Shown here: piece after piece, positions 17,158 to 27,078 of the stretch
How positions within the stretch are numbered: position 1 is the stretch's first letter
Layout: every line of letters begins with the position of its first letter
Assembly (NCBI GenBank): GCA_965203055.1
Contig: OZ241863.1
Span: 1,632,001-1,696,000, forward strand
Direction: 5' to 3'
Source of the DNA: Spirochaetia bacterium
Lineage (GTDB): Bacteria > Spirochaetota > Spirochaetia > SZUA-6 > Bin103
Length of the DNA: 64,000 nt
Notes under the pieces: generated by a model
What the model was told of the DNA's origin: nothing
Database searches by the model: none
What the model saw: only the letters and a program-made list of their open reading frames with translations
Translations under genes and position numbers: made by a program

Positions 17158-20082
17158 TTGCGCACTGAACCGCGGCGCGACCCTCCCCAGCGGAGGAAGC
17201 TGATCGAGGTGGCGCTGCCGCTTGATGCCATCAACGCGGCCGCGGCGCGCGAGAAGTCGATCCGTCACGGCCATCCCAGCACCCTGCATCTGTGGTGGGC
17301 GCGGCGCCCGCTGGCGGCCGCCCGCGCCGTCATCTTCGCGCAACTCGTCGACGATCCCTCCAGCCGACCGGAACTCTTCCCGACCGAGGAAGCGCAGGAC
17401 CGGGAGCGGCAGCGGCTGTTCGACCTGATCGAAAAGCTGGTCAAGTGGGAGAACACCACCAACGAGAAGGTGCTGCAGCAGGCGCGCGACGAGATCCGCG
17501 CGTGCTGGCGGCGCTCCTGCGCCGACCACGCCGATCATCCGCGCGCGGCCGAGTTGTTCGACCCGGAGCGCCTGCCGGCGTTTCACGATCCGTTCGCCGG
17601 CGGCGGCGCGCTGCCGCTGGAAGCGCAGCGGCTCGGCCTGGAAGCGCACGCCAGCGACCTCAACCCGGTGGCGGTGCTGATCAACAAGGCGATGATCGAG
17701 CTGCCGCCAAAGTTTGCCGGACGCCCGCCGGTACACCCGGAAGCGCGGTCGGAAGGCGAGCTGTTGGGCGCCAAGTGGACCGGGGCGCGCGGCTTGGCGG
17801 AGGACGTACGCTGCTATGGGCGCTGGATGCGGGAGGAGGCGGAGCGGCGCATCGGCCATCTCTATCCCAAGGTCGCGGTGACCGAAGAAATGGTGCGGGA
17901 GCGCCCCGATCTGTTGCCCTACGCCGGGCGGGAGCTGACGGTGATTGCGTGGCTGTGGGCGCGCACGGTGAAGAGCTCGAACCCGGCGTTCGGGCAGATG
18001 GAGGTGCCGCTGGTCTCCACCTTCATGCTGTCCACCAAGCAGGGCAAGGAAGCGTACGTCGAGCCGGTGATCGGCGCGGACGGTTACCGCTACCGCTTCA
18101 CGGTCAAGGTCGGCGCGCCGCCCGACGCGGCCGCGGCCAAGGCCGGCACCAAGCTGTCACGCGGCGCGTTTCGGTGCCTGCTATCCGACGTACCGATCAC
18201 GTACTCCTACATCGACGCGGAAGCCAACGCCGGGCGCATGGGTGCGCGCTTGATGGCGATCGTGGCTCAGGGTGATCGGACCCGACTGTACCTGTCTCCC
18301 ACGGAGGCGGCTGCCGCCGTGGCCGCGCGCCCGAAGCCGGAGTGGCAGCCGGATGTTCCGAGCCGGGGAACGTGGGCCAGCAACGCGCAAGGCCGCCGCT
18401 ACGGGTTCCGCACGTTCGGAGACTATTTCACGCCCCGGCAGCTCGCCGCCCTGAACACGTTTTCCGACCTGGTAGTCGAGACGCGCGACCGCGTCCGGCA
18501 GGACGCCATCGCCGCCGGCATGGCCGACGACGGCCGTCCCCTTCACGCCGGCGGGGCGGGAGCCACCGCATACGCCGATGAGGCCGCGGTGTATCTGGCT
18601 TTCATGCTGGATAAGTGCGCCGACTATTGGTCGAGCATCTGTAGTTGGAATGCGCCCAGAGAGATAGTTCGCAACACGTTCAGCAGACAGGCAATTCCCA
18701 TGATGTGGGACTTCGCGGAGACCAATCCGCTATCTGATTCGTCGGGTAACTGGATGGCGATGGTCGACTGGACCTGGAAGGCCATCGCCGCGTTACCGGC
18801 GGTCGGAAGGGGCAGCGCAATACAGGCAGACGCTCGATCTCCTGCTCAAACGGGTCTCCGCCTTGCGTCCACCGATCCGCCCTACTACGACAACATCGGC
18901 TACGCTGACCTCTCCGACTTTTTCTACGTCTGGCTGCGGCGCTCGCTGCGATCGACCTTCCCTGACCTGTTCGCCACGATGATGGTCCCGAAGGCGGAGG
19001 AGCTGGTCGCCACCGCCCATCGGCACGGCTCCAGGGCGCAGGCCGAAGCGTTCTTCATGAACGGCATGACGCAGGCGCTGGAGCGGCTGGCCCGGCAGGC
19101 GCACCCTGGCTTCCCGACGACGATCTATTACGCGTTCAAGCAGGCGGAGAGCCGCGACGATCGCGGCGTCTCCAGCACCGGCTGGGAGAAGTTTCTGGAA
19201 GCGTTGATCGACGCCGGGTTCGCGGTCAACGGCACTTGGCCGATGCGCACCGAACGCGGCAATCGGATGATCGGCATAGGATCGAACGCGCTCGCCTCCA
19301 GTATCGTTCTGGTCTGTCGCCGGAGACCCGCCGATGCTCCGCTCGCCGCGCGCCGGGACCTCATGGCCGCCCTGAAGGCCGAACTCCCGACGGCGCTGGC
19401 TCGTCTGCAGCGCTCCAATATCGCTCCCGTCGACCTCGCGCAGGCCGCCATCGGCCCCGGCATGGCGATCTTCACCCGCTACGCCAAGGTGTTGCACGGT
19501 GCCGGCAACCGCGTCACCGTGGGCGAGGCGCTCGCCCTCATCAATCAGACGCTCGATGAGATCCTGGCCGCGCAGGAAGGAGACTTCGACACCGATAGCC
19601 GCTGGGCGTTGGCGTGGTTCGACCAGCACGGCTTCGAGGCCGGCGAGTATGGCAGCGCGGAGACCCTGGCCACGGCCAAGAACACCAGCGTGAGCGGCAT
19701 GGTGCACGCGGGCATCATCCACTCGCAGGCCGGGAAGGTGCGGCTGCTGCGCCCGCTGGAATTGCCCGCCGACTGGGACCCGGCGGCAGACGACCGGCTC
19801 ACGACCTGGGAGGCGGCGCACCATCTGATCCGCGTCGTGTGGCACGGCGGAGAGATGGCCGCGGCCGCCCTGCTGCGCCGGCTCGGCGGCGTTGCCGACC
19901 TCGCCCGCGAGCTGTGCTACCGGCTGTACGTGGTAAGCGAACGCCGGAAGCGCCCAGCCGAGGCGCTGGCCTACGACGGGTTGGTGAAGAGCTGGCCGGA
20001 AATCAGAAGGCTCTCCATGAGGGAGGCGCAACCGCGGCAGATCGAGTTCGACGACGCTCCCGCGGAGGCCGCAGCCCCATGA
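17158..20082 (+). CDS. DUF1156 domain adenine-specific DNA methyltransferase
   Basis: KLIEVALPLDAINAAAAREKSIRHGHPSTLHLWWARRPLAAAR, DPFAGGG, STDPPYYDNIGYADLSDFF. Confidence 0.92.
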   Translation: MRTEPRRDPPQRRKLIEVALPLDAINAAAAREKSIRHGHPSTLHLWWARRPLAAARAVIFAQLVDDPSSRPELFPTEEAQDRERQRLFDLIEKLVKWENTTNEKVLQQARDEIRACWRRSCADHADHPRAAELFDPERLPAFHDPFAGGGALPLEAQRLGLEAHASDLNPVAVLINKAMIELPPKFAGRPPVHPEARSEGELLGAKWTGARGLAEDVRCYGRWMREEAERRIGHLYPKVAVTEEMVRERPDLLPYAGRELTVIAWLWARTVKSSNPAFGQMEVPLVSTFMLSTKQGKEAYVEPVIGADGYRYRFTVKVGAPPDAAAAKAGTKLSRGAFRCLLSDVPITYSYIDAEANAGRMGARLMAIVAQGDRTRLYLSPTEAAAAVAARPKPEWQPDVPSRGTWASNAQGRRYGFRTFGDYFTPRQLAALNTFSDLVVETRDRVRQDAIAAGMADDGRPLHAGGAGATAYADEAAVYLAFMLDKCADYWSSICSWNAPREIVRNTFSRQAIPMMWDFAETNPLSDSSGNWMAMVDWTWKAIAALPAVGRGSAIQADARSPAQTGLRLASTDPPYYDNIGYADLSDFFYVWLRRSLRSTFPDLFATMMVPKAEELVATAHRHGSRAQAEAFFMNGMTQALERLARQAHPGFPTTIYYAFKQAESRDDRGVSSTGWEKFLEALIDAGFAVNGTWPMRTERGNRMIGIGSNALASSIVLVCRRRPADAPLAARRDLMAALKAELPTALARLQRSNIAPVDLAQAAIGPGMAIFTRYAKVLHGAGNRVTVGEALALINQTLDEILAAQEGDFDTDSRWALAWFDQHGFEAGEYGSAETLATAKNTSVSGMVHAGIIHSQAGKVRLLRPLELPADWDPAADDRLTTWEAAHHLIRVVWHGGEMAAAALLRRLGGVADLARELCYRLYVVSERRKRPAEALAYDGLVKSWPEIRRLSMREAQPRQIEFDDAPAEAAAP

Positions 20083-20104
20083 GCGGCCCATATACGGTAC
20101 TGAA

Positions 20105-21658
20105 ATGCCTCTGATCGACCGGGAACTTCGTGACGTGCGGGACGCGTTGCGGGCCAACAACCGCGACCGTGAAGATGCTCTGTTGGAAGTGCGCATCAGA
20201 AGACTCCGCAGTATCGAAGAGCTGCGGGTTTCCTTCGAATATCCGGTGTCGGTACTGGCCGGCCCCAACGCAAGCGGGAAGTCTACGGTGTTGTTCGCCT
20301 GCGCCTGCGCCTATCAGGTTCCCGGAGCGCGCGGGTTCGCGCCCGGCCGGCTGTTTCCCAACTTCAGCAGCCGCCGGCAGAATACGATGGCGGATACCAC
20401 GCAACGCTCCGAACTTGAGTTTCATTATCTGGACCAAGGCGAGCGCCGGTCCATGGTATGGCGCCGAAGCAGGGCCTGGAGCCGCCGCTTCGCGGGCGGT
20501 TCCGGGGCCGGCCAGCCGGCCCGGGAGGTGTACCTGCGCACGCTTGCCAACCTCACCAACCCGTCTGAAGTACGCAGTATTCTGCGCCTTGGCGGAAAGC
20601 CGATCCGTACTGACACCGTCAGCCCCGAATTGCTCGTGTTCGCGCACCGCATCCTTCCGTGGCGCTATCGCAAACTGGCCGTCATCAGTGGCCCGCCAAC
20701 GAAAGACCTGCTGCTCGCGAAGCTGGACGACGCTGCAGGGACCGGCTACTCCGAGTTTCACATGTCCTCCGGCGAACGCAGCATCCTCAGAATTTCGAAG
20801 GACGTTTCCCAGCTCGAAAACGCCTTGGTCCTGATCGACGAGGTGGACACCGGTCTGCACCCCTATACCCAACAGCAGACGATGCTCGAATTGCAGCGCG
20901 CCGCGCTGCGGCAGAACCTGCAAGTGATCGTTGCCTCGCACAGCCCGGTGGTCCTGGGCAGCGTACCCCCGGATGCCCGCATATTCCTGGACCGGGACCA
21001 GGTGACCGGCCACGTTCATGCCGTTCCCCTCTACCGCGACATCTTTCAGAAGGCGCTGTACGGGCAATCACGGGACCGGCTTTCCATCCTCTGCGAGGAT
21101 GCCGTCGCCGAAGGAGTGATCCGCGGAGTGCTGGACGTGCTCAACGTGAAGCTGGGATTCCGTCACGAGGACGTGGTGATCGGCAGGAATACCGGCCGCA
21201 ACGAGTTCGCCGGCCACGTGCGGGCGTTGGGCAAGTTCGGCAAGCTCGGGGACTTCCTCCTGGTACTGGACGGCGACTCGCGCGACTTGGAACCGACCCT
21301 GCAGGCGACCGCCCGGGAGTATGGCCACTACGTGCGGCCGCTGTTTCTTCCCGGCAGCGCGCCGCCCGAGCAGTGGCTATGGGATGCCATCCGCCGGCGG
21401 CCGGACGACTACGCGGCCAGGCTCGGCCTGAGTGCGGACGACCTGCAACGTACGATGAGCGGCCTCGAGCGGCTCGCGTCGGGAGCAGTACGTGATCGTG
21501 ACGCCGCCAAGGCCGCCATGGGAACATTCGCCGACCAACTCGACCGCACCGTTCCCGACCTTGCCCGGATCGTCGGCAATCGCGAAGCGGAGGCCAACGC
21601 CATACCCGAGCTGATGGCCGCCCTGACCGAGCAGATCAACGCCTGGCGCCGCTTGTAG
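20105..21658 (+). CDS. ABC-type ATPase with C-terminal TOPRIM-like region (OLD-family-like nuclease)
   Basis: GPNASGKST, MSSGE, LIDEVDTGLHP, ASHS; then ILCEDAVAE ... LDGD. Confidence 0.75.
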   Translation: MPLIDRELRDVRDALRANNRDREDALLEVRIRRLRSIEELRVSFEYPVSVLAGPNASGKSTVLFACACAYQVPGARGFAPGRLFPNFSSRRQNTMADTTQRSELEFHYLDQGERRSMVWRRSRAWSRRFAGGSGAGQPAREVYLRTLANLTNPSEVRSILRLGGKPIRTDTVSPELLVFAHRILPWRYRKLAVISGPPTKDLLLAKLDDAAGTGYSEFHMSSGERSILRISKDVSQLENALVLIDEVDTGLHPYTQQQTMLELQRAALRQNLQVIVASHSPVVLGSVPPDARIFLDRDQVTGHVHAVPLYRDIFQKALYGQSRDRLSILCEDAVAEGVIRGVLDVLNVKLGFRHEDVVIGRNTGRNEFAGHVRALGKFGKLGDFLLVLDGDSRDLEPTLQATAREYGHYVRPLFLPGSAPPEQWLWDAIRRRPDDYAARLGLSADDLQRTMSGLERLASGAVRDRDAAKAAMGTFADQLDRTVPDLARIVGNREAEANAIPELMAALTEQINAWRRL

Positions 21659-21688
21659 CCTCCGGTAGCCCCAGTAGCCGGAGTCTCG

Positions 21689-23164
21689 CTACAGGTTGAG
21701 GCGTTGGTACTGGCAGTCGGGGGCTTCCGCGGCGGTCAGGCGGTCGCGCAGGAGGTTGGACAGACGTTGCTCCAGGGCCGGGTCGCGCAGCGGGCGCTGC
21801 TGGCCGGGATCGGTATCGCCATCGAACAGCAGGTTGAAGTCCGGGGCGTCGAGCGCCCTCTCCGACGGCTGGCGCCAGCGTAGCTGCGGGTAGCCGCGGT
21901 CGCTGGCATATTTCAGAAAGAAGCCGTACTCCACGTCGAGCCTGGGCAGCGCCAGGAAGTCCTGACTGCCGCGCGGCATCATGGTGTGGTGATGGGCCCA
22001 ACTCCCCGGCTGCGCCTGCCGGAAGTAGCGGTAGCGGCCGTCGGTGACGCACACCTCCTTGGCGAAGCCGCCGTACAACACCGCCGCGTGATGCGCCTCG
22101 TCGGCGGCCAGCAGATGCCGCAGCGAGCGCCCCTGCACGTGGTCCGGCACCGGCGCCCCGTGCAGCTCCAGGAAGGTCGGCATCAGGTCGATGGTGGTGG
22201 TCAGCGCGCGCTGCGCGCGGCGGCCGCCGGCGCCGCCCGGGACGCATACGATGAGCGGGATGTGGGCCAGCTCGTCATACAGCGCCATCTGCATCTTGCC
22301 CCAGTAGCCGCGCTCGCCGACGAAGTGGCCGTGGTCGGTGGTCAGTACCACCGCGGTGTCGTCCCACATCCGGTAGCGATCCAGCTTGTCGAGCAGTTTG
22401 CCGAGCCAGTGATCGGCCATGGTCAGGGCGCCGCCGTAGCAGGCGCGGACGTGCCGCACCGTTTCCGCGTCGTCCAGTTCGGGATCGAGGCGCCCGTACA
22501 GCGGCCACGTGAAGTGGTAGCGGTCCCACCGATCGCCGTACCGCTCCCGGTAGTGAGCCGGGCAATCGAACGGCTCATGCGGATCGAACACCTCCAGGTG
22601 GAGATGCCAGTCCTGCGCCGCGTGGTTGCGCTCGATGAAGTCCAGGGCGCGGGCGAAGCACTGCGGCGTGGAGTAGTCCTCGTCACGCTCCGGCGGCGCG
22701 TAGGTCTGATTGCGCCAGTAGCCCCAGCGGCAGGGCCCCTCCAGGCCGCGCGCCCCTTCCGGCTTGGGCGGCTCCTCCACCAGCGGGCGCCAGACGTCGC
22801 CCTCCTGACCGCGCAGGAACTCCCAGGAGCTGTAGATCGTGTGGTAGCCCTCGCCGCCGGAATGGAAGTAGTGATAGTGATCGGTGATCATGTGGCTGTA
22901 CACGCCGCGCCGCTCGCGCAGCATCGCCGGCAGGCATTCATCCCATGGCTGCACCGGACTCCACGGCGTCTCCAGGAAGTTCACGCGTCCGGTGAGCATT
23001 TCGCGGCGCGCCGGCATGCAGGGCAGGGAGCCGGCGAAGTGGTTGTCGAACACCGTGCCGCGCTGCGCCAGCCGGTCGATGTTGGGCGTGATGGCGAACT
23101 CGCCGCCGTAGCAGGGCAGGTAGTGGCGGTTCAGCGAGTCCATGATGATGAAGATGGTTCTCAC
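21689..23164 (-). CDS. Sulfatase
   Basis: IIMDSLNR, SLPCMPARREMLTG (CxPxR), FDPHEPF, TTDHG. Confidence 0.92.
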   Translation of the reverse strand: MRTIFIIMDSLNRHYLPCYGGEFAITPNIDRLAQRGTVFDNHFAGSLPCMPARREMLTGRVNFLETPWSPVQPWDECLPAMLRERRGVYSHMITDHYHYFHSGGEGYHTIYSSWEFLRGQEGDVWRPLVEEPPKPEGARGLEGPCRWGYWRNQTYAPPERDEDYSTPQCFARALDFIERNHAAQDWHLHLEVFDPHEPFDCPAHYRERYGDRWDRYHFTWPLYGRLDPELDDAETVRHVRACYGGALTMADHWLGKLLDKLDRYRMWDDTAVVLTTDHGHFVGERGYWGKMQMALYDELAHIPLIVCVPGGAGGRRAQRALTTTIDLMPTFLELHGAPVPDHVQGRSLRHLLAADEAHHAAVLYGGFAKEVCVTDGRYRYFRQAQPGSWAHHHTMMPRGSQDFLALPRLDVEYGFFLKYASDRGYPQLRWRQPSERALDAPDFNLLFDGDTDPGQQRPLRDPALEQRLSNLLRDRLTAAEAPDCQYQRLNL

Positions 23165-23183
23165 GTGCGATGATGGTTGTATC

Positions 23184-24377
23184 ATGAGTCACGTCGAGAT
23201 CAAGTATCAGCCGGAGCGCTCCGTCACCTTCCTGGGCAGCCCGAGCCTCGCGCGGGCGCCGGACGGCGCCCTGCTCGCCACCCACGATTACTTCGGTACC
23301 GGCTGCCCGCGCAACCACGCCGGCGAGCAGAGCCTCACCAGCGTCTACCGGTCGGAGGACGAAGGGGCGACCTGGAGCAACGTGACCCATATCATGAACG
23401 CGTTCTGGAGCACGCTGTTCGTGCACCGCGACGCGGTCTACCTGCTGGGCACGTCGCAGCAGTATGGCTCGATCGTGATCCGGCGCAGCGACGACGGCGG
23501 ATTCCGGTGGACTCACCCGGAGGATGCGGGGAGCGGGCTCCTGTTTCGCGGCGGAGCGTCCGGCGCGGCGCCCAACTACCACTGCGCGCCGGTAGCCGTG
23601 CTGATCCATGAGGGCCGCATCTACAAGGCGTTCGAGGACTGCGACCCGCTGCAGTGGGGCACCGGCTTTCAGGCCTGCGTGATTTCGGCCCCGGAGGATG
23701 CCGATCTGCTGCGCGCCGACAGTTGGCGCATGAGCAACAAGCTGCCGTTCCGCGCGGAATGGATTCCGCCGGCGTGGGGGCCGGTGACCATTCCGGGCTG
23801 GCGCGAGGGCAACGTGGTCGCCGACCCCTCCGGTACGCTGTGGGACGTGCTGGCCTTCGAAGCGCGGCCCCGGACGCAGGACACCGCCGCCATGGTGAAG
23901 ATCGAAGATCAGGGCCGGCGCCTCAGCTTCGAGCCGCGCGCCGGCCGCGCCGCTCCCGGCGGCTTCGTCCCGTTCCCCGGCGCCAAGGCGAAGTTCACCC
24001 TGCGCCGCGATCCGGTGTCGGGCGCCTACCTCACCCTCGCCAACGTGGTGCCGGACCCCGACTGGCTGCTGGCGCACTGGCGCGCCTCGCCGGCGCAGAG
24101 CGGGGTGCGCGCGCACCCGCGCCAGCGCAACGTCATGGCGCTGTGCGCCTCGGACGATCTGCTCCGGTGGCGCGCCGTCAAGACCCTGCTGGCCGACGAC
24201 AGCGGGCTGGCGCCGGAGGACTCGGTGCGGCTGACCGGCTACCAGTACGTGGACTGGCAGTTCGACGGCGGCGATCTGATCTACGTGGTGCGCGCCGCCG
24301 CCCGCGGGGCGCGCAACTTTCACGACTCCAACCGCATCCTGTTTGGCCGCGAACGCGGCTTCCGTTCCCTGCTGTAG
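23184..24377 (+). CDS. Sialidase-like BNR/Asp-box beta-propeller protein
   Basis: Asp-boxes YRSEDEGATWS and RRSDDGGFRWT, CASDDLLRW, YQYVDW..GDLIYVVR. Confidence 0.8.
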   Translation: MSHVEIKYQPERSVTFLGSPSLARAPDGALLATHDYFGTGCPRNHAGEQSLTSVYRSEDEGATWSNVTHIMNAFWSTLFVHRDAVYLLGTSQQYGSIVIRRSDDGGFRWTHPEDAGSGLLFRGGASGAAPNYHCAPVAVLIHEGRIYKAFEDCDPLQWGTGFQACVISAPEDADLLRADSWRMSNKLPFRAEWIPPAWGPVTIPGWREGNVVADPSGTLWDVLAFEARPRTQDTAAMVKIEDQGRRLSFEPRAGRAAPGGFVPFPGAKAKFTLRRDPVSGAYLTLANVVPDPDWLLAHWRASPAQSGVRAHPRQRNVMALCASDDLLRWRAVKTLLADDSGLAPEDSVRLTGYQYVDWQFDGGDLIYVVRAAARGARNFHDSNRILFGRERGFRSLL

Positions 24378-24379
24378 CT

Positions 24380-26116
24380 TCAGCCGGCTTGGCGCGGGCG
24401 CGCGCGGCGCGCCGCGGCGGCGATCGCGTCCAGCTTCTCGGTGACCTCGGCGTCGATGGCATCGGCTGCCAGGAACCCGGCCAAGTGGTGATAGTCGGTC
24501 TTGCGCATCAGATTGGGTGAGTCCGCGGCGGCGTAGAAGCGCGCGAACAGCGGGTCCAGGAATTCGTCGCTGGCCTTGACCTCCGGCCCCCAGGGTGACG
24601 CCGCGCCCAGCGTCCGCAGCGCCTGCTCGATCGCGGCGATGCACTCCTGCATCCGCTCCCGGCGCTCCGCGCCGAACAGCTCGCCTTGCAGGCGCCGGCC
24701 CTCCGCTTCCGCGAAGTCCAGCAGCACCTCGCGCCGGCAGAGGTAGTTCTCCAGCTCGCGCCGCCGCCAGGTGAGATGCAGCAGGTGCGGGTCATCCGCC
24801 GGCGGCGGCGACCGCAGCCGATCGTAGACCGCCACCCCCACCAGGTCCGGCTTGGCCTCGCGCAGGCCGTGAAAGTGGTCGCTCGCCCGCCGCGGCCGGT
24901 TGGCGACGTAGTGGACGTAGGGCGCTTCCAGCAGCTCCGCCGCCGGATGCCGCAGGCGGCGGGCGAGCGCCAGCAGTATCGCCAGGTCGGTCGATCCCTC
25001 CAGGTACAGGACCCATCCCTTCTCTTCCGCCTGCAGGTAGTGCTCGAAGCCGATCTCGCGGAGCGCCTTCGCCGCCTGGCTGCCGCGGCGGTCGATGCGG
25101 TGCGGCGCGCCGACGAAGGCGATCAGCACGTCCCGGCCGGCGGCTTCGTTGAGCACCACCTCGGAGTGGCTGGCAGCGATGATCTGGCTGCCGGTCTCCT
25201 GCGCGGTCTCGCTCAGCAGTTGATAGGTCTGGCGCTGGCGGATCACTTCGAGGTGGGCGTCCGGTTCGTCGAGCAGCAGCACCGAGCCGGGATTGGCGGT
25301 CATGTGAGCGAGCAACAGGAGGGTCTGCTGCTCGCCGCGGCCGCTGGCCGACAGGTCGAGGCGCACCCCGGCTCGGGTACGGTAGGACATCGTGATCTCG
25401 CCGCGCTCGGGCAGATAGCGCGGCGGATCGAGACGGCTGCCGAACAGTCGTTCGAGGCGGTCGCACAGCCGCTGCCACTTGTCCTCCCCGCCCGCGCCCT
25501 CGACGATCTGGTGGCAGAGATTGCGCAACACCTCGGCGGTCCGCCCCTCGCCGATGCGGACGTTGATCGCGCCGGGGTCGAGGCGCGTCTCGTTGGCGGC
25601 GAGTCCCGACATCGGCGGCAGGTAGGCGACGCGCACGCCGCGCGCGGCCGCCGGCACCGGCTGGCGGCCGCCATCCTCCCGGAGCCGCGGCCGGCAGTAG
25701 AACGTCTCTTCATTGGCGTAGTCGAACTCCAGGCCGCAGGTCCACCGCTGCGGGGTATCGGCGGCGCCCGCGGCGCCATCGACGACGATTTCGATCAGTA
25801 CGTTGTCGGTTCGGGTCTTGCCGTTCTCGCGGCGGCCGACCCGCAGGCGCAGGCCGCGCCACAGCAGGTTGGCGGTGGGCACCGGCAGGGCGATGAGATC
25901 GCGGTGGTTGATCGTTACCCCGGGACGCTTCGACGGCCCGACGCCGGCGCCGCGCTTCTCGAGCCAGCGCGCGCGGCCGAGGTCCCACAATGCGAGCGCC
26001 TGCAGGGCGGTGGTCTTGCCGGCGTTGTTGGGGCCAATGAACACCACCTGCTGGCCGAGCTCCAGGTCGACCTCCTCGAACAGCTTGAAGTTTCGTATCC
26101 GAAGCCGGGTCAGCAT
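24380..26116 (-). CDS. ABC-type ATPase with TOPRIM-like C-terminus (OLD-family-like)
   Basis: IRNFKLF, GPNNAGKTT, SGRGEQQ, LLLDEPDAHL, ASHSE; VLYLEGSTD ... RRELENYL. Confidence 0.8.
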   Translation of the reverse strand: MLTRLRIRNFKLFEEVDLELGQQVVFIGPNNAGKTTALQALALWDLGRARWLEKRGAGVGPSKRPGVTINHRDLIALPVPTANLLWRGLRLRVGRRENGKTRTDNVLIEIVVDGAAGAADTPQRWTCGLEFDYANEETFYCRPRLREDGGRQPVPAAARGVRVAYLPPMSGLAANETRLDPGAINVRIGEGRTAEVLRNLCHQIVEGAGGEDKWQRLCDRLERLFGSRLDPPRYLPERGEITMSYRTRAGVRLDLSASGRGEQQTLLLLAHMTANPGSVLLLDEPDAHLEVIRQRQTYQLLSETAQETGSQIIAASHSEVVLNEAAGRDVLIAFVGAPHRIDRRGSQAAKALREIGFEHYLQAEEKGWVLYLEGSTDLAILLALARRLRHPAAELLEAPYVHYVANRPRRASDHFHGLREAKPDLVGVAVYDRLRSPPPADDPHLLHLTWRRRELENYLCRREVLLDFAEAEGRRLQGELFGAERRERMQECIAAIEQALRTLGAASPWGPEVKASDEFLDPLFARFYAAADSPNLMRKTDYHHLAGFLAADAIDAEVTEKLDAIAAAARRARPRQAG

Positions 26117-26143
26117 ACGGTCCTGCCTGCAGCGCGGTTCGGT

Positions 26144-27061
26144 CTAGTCCCAGGCGTCGAGGCCCAGCAGCCGGCGCCCCAGCCCGCTCAGCTCCGCGCG
26201 CCGGCCATGGCGCTGCTCCCAGCGGCGCGGGTCGCCGGGCCAGCCGCCGGCCGGGCGCTGCTCGCGCCACGCGGCGACCCGTTCCCGGCGCTGCTCCTCA
26301 TCGCCGGACGCCGCCGGGAACATGGAGATGTACTGCGCCAGCCGCGGGCGGTCCGAGGTGTTTTCCCCGTTGCCGTGCGGCAACAGCGAATTCCAGATCA
26401 GCAGGTCCCCGGCGCGGCCCGGAATCGACCGCACCTCCAGGCCGGTCAGGTCGGGGACGCGCGGGTGGCGGTCCGCCGGCTGGGTGCGCACCCACTCCCC
26501 GAAGCGCCGGGGAAAGCCCGGCACGCACTGGAAGCCGCCCTGCTCCGCCGCCGTGTCGGTGAGATAGAGCACGCCCTGCACCCCGAACGGGATCGGGTCC
26601 CGGAAGGTATCCACGTCCCAATGGATGAAGCCGCCATGCTGCCACTCAGGGCGGTCGGGGCGCACCGGCGGCTTCATGTTGGCGCGGTCGAGGGTCACCC
26701 AGAGGCGCGGGGTCCGCCAGATGTCCGCGAACGCCCGGTACACGCGCGGGCACTGGCGATTGTCCCACAGCGCCTGCTGCTGGTACACCTCCACCATACC
26801 GGCGCGCGAGATCGGCGCCGGCGCGCCGGTCGCCTCGCGCGGCGCGATGCGGTACCAGCTCGCCGGATCATCGCCGGCGGCGCCCAGGAACCGCCAGATC
26901 AGTTCCACCATGGCCTGCAGGTTCGCGGCCGGCACCGCCTCGGGCACCACTACGTACCCCTGCTCGGCGAACCGCGCCAGGTCGGCAGCGCCGAGTACGC
27001 CGGCCCCGCCCCGTTCCTCGGCGCACGCCTCCGCCGGCGACGCCTCCGATGGCATTGTCAT
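26144..27061 (-). CDS. Phytanoyl-CoA dioxygenase (PhyH) family protein
   Basis: FAEQGYVVV, HWDVD (HxD), QGVLYLTDT..GGFQCVPG, AGDLLIWNSLLPHG..PRLAQY; GGAGGAGG RBS. Confidence 0.9.
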   Translation of the reverse strand: MTMPSEASPAEACAEERGGAGVLGAADLARFAEQGYVVVPEAVPAANLQAMVELIWRFLGAAGDDPASWYRIAPREATGAPAPISRAGMVEVYQQQALWDNRQCPRVYRAFADIWRTPRLWVTLDRANMKPPVRPDRPEWQHGGFIHWDVDTFRDPIPFGVQGVLYLTDTAAEQGGFQCVPGFPRRFGEWVRTQPADRHPRVPDLTGLEVRSIPGRAGDLLIWNSLLPHGNGENTSDRPRLAQYISMFPAASGDEEQRRERVAAWREQRPAGGWPGDPRRWEQRHGRRAELSGLGRRLLGLDAWD

Positions 27062-27078
27062 GGCTCCTCCTCCATCCT

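Noticed and set aside
20079..20114. Short ORF (MSGPYTVLKCL) overlapping the DUF1156 stop as a separate gene
   Set aside because: 11 codons with no support; ATG 20105 gives a complete ATPase.
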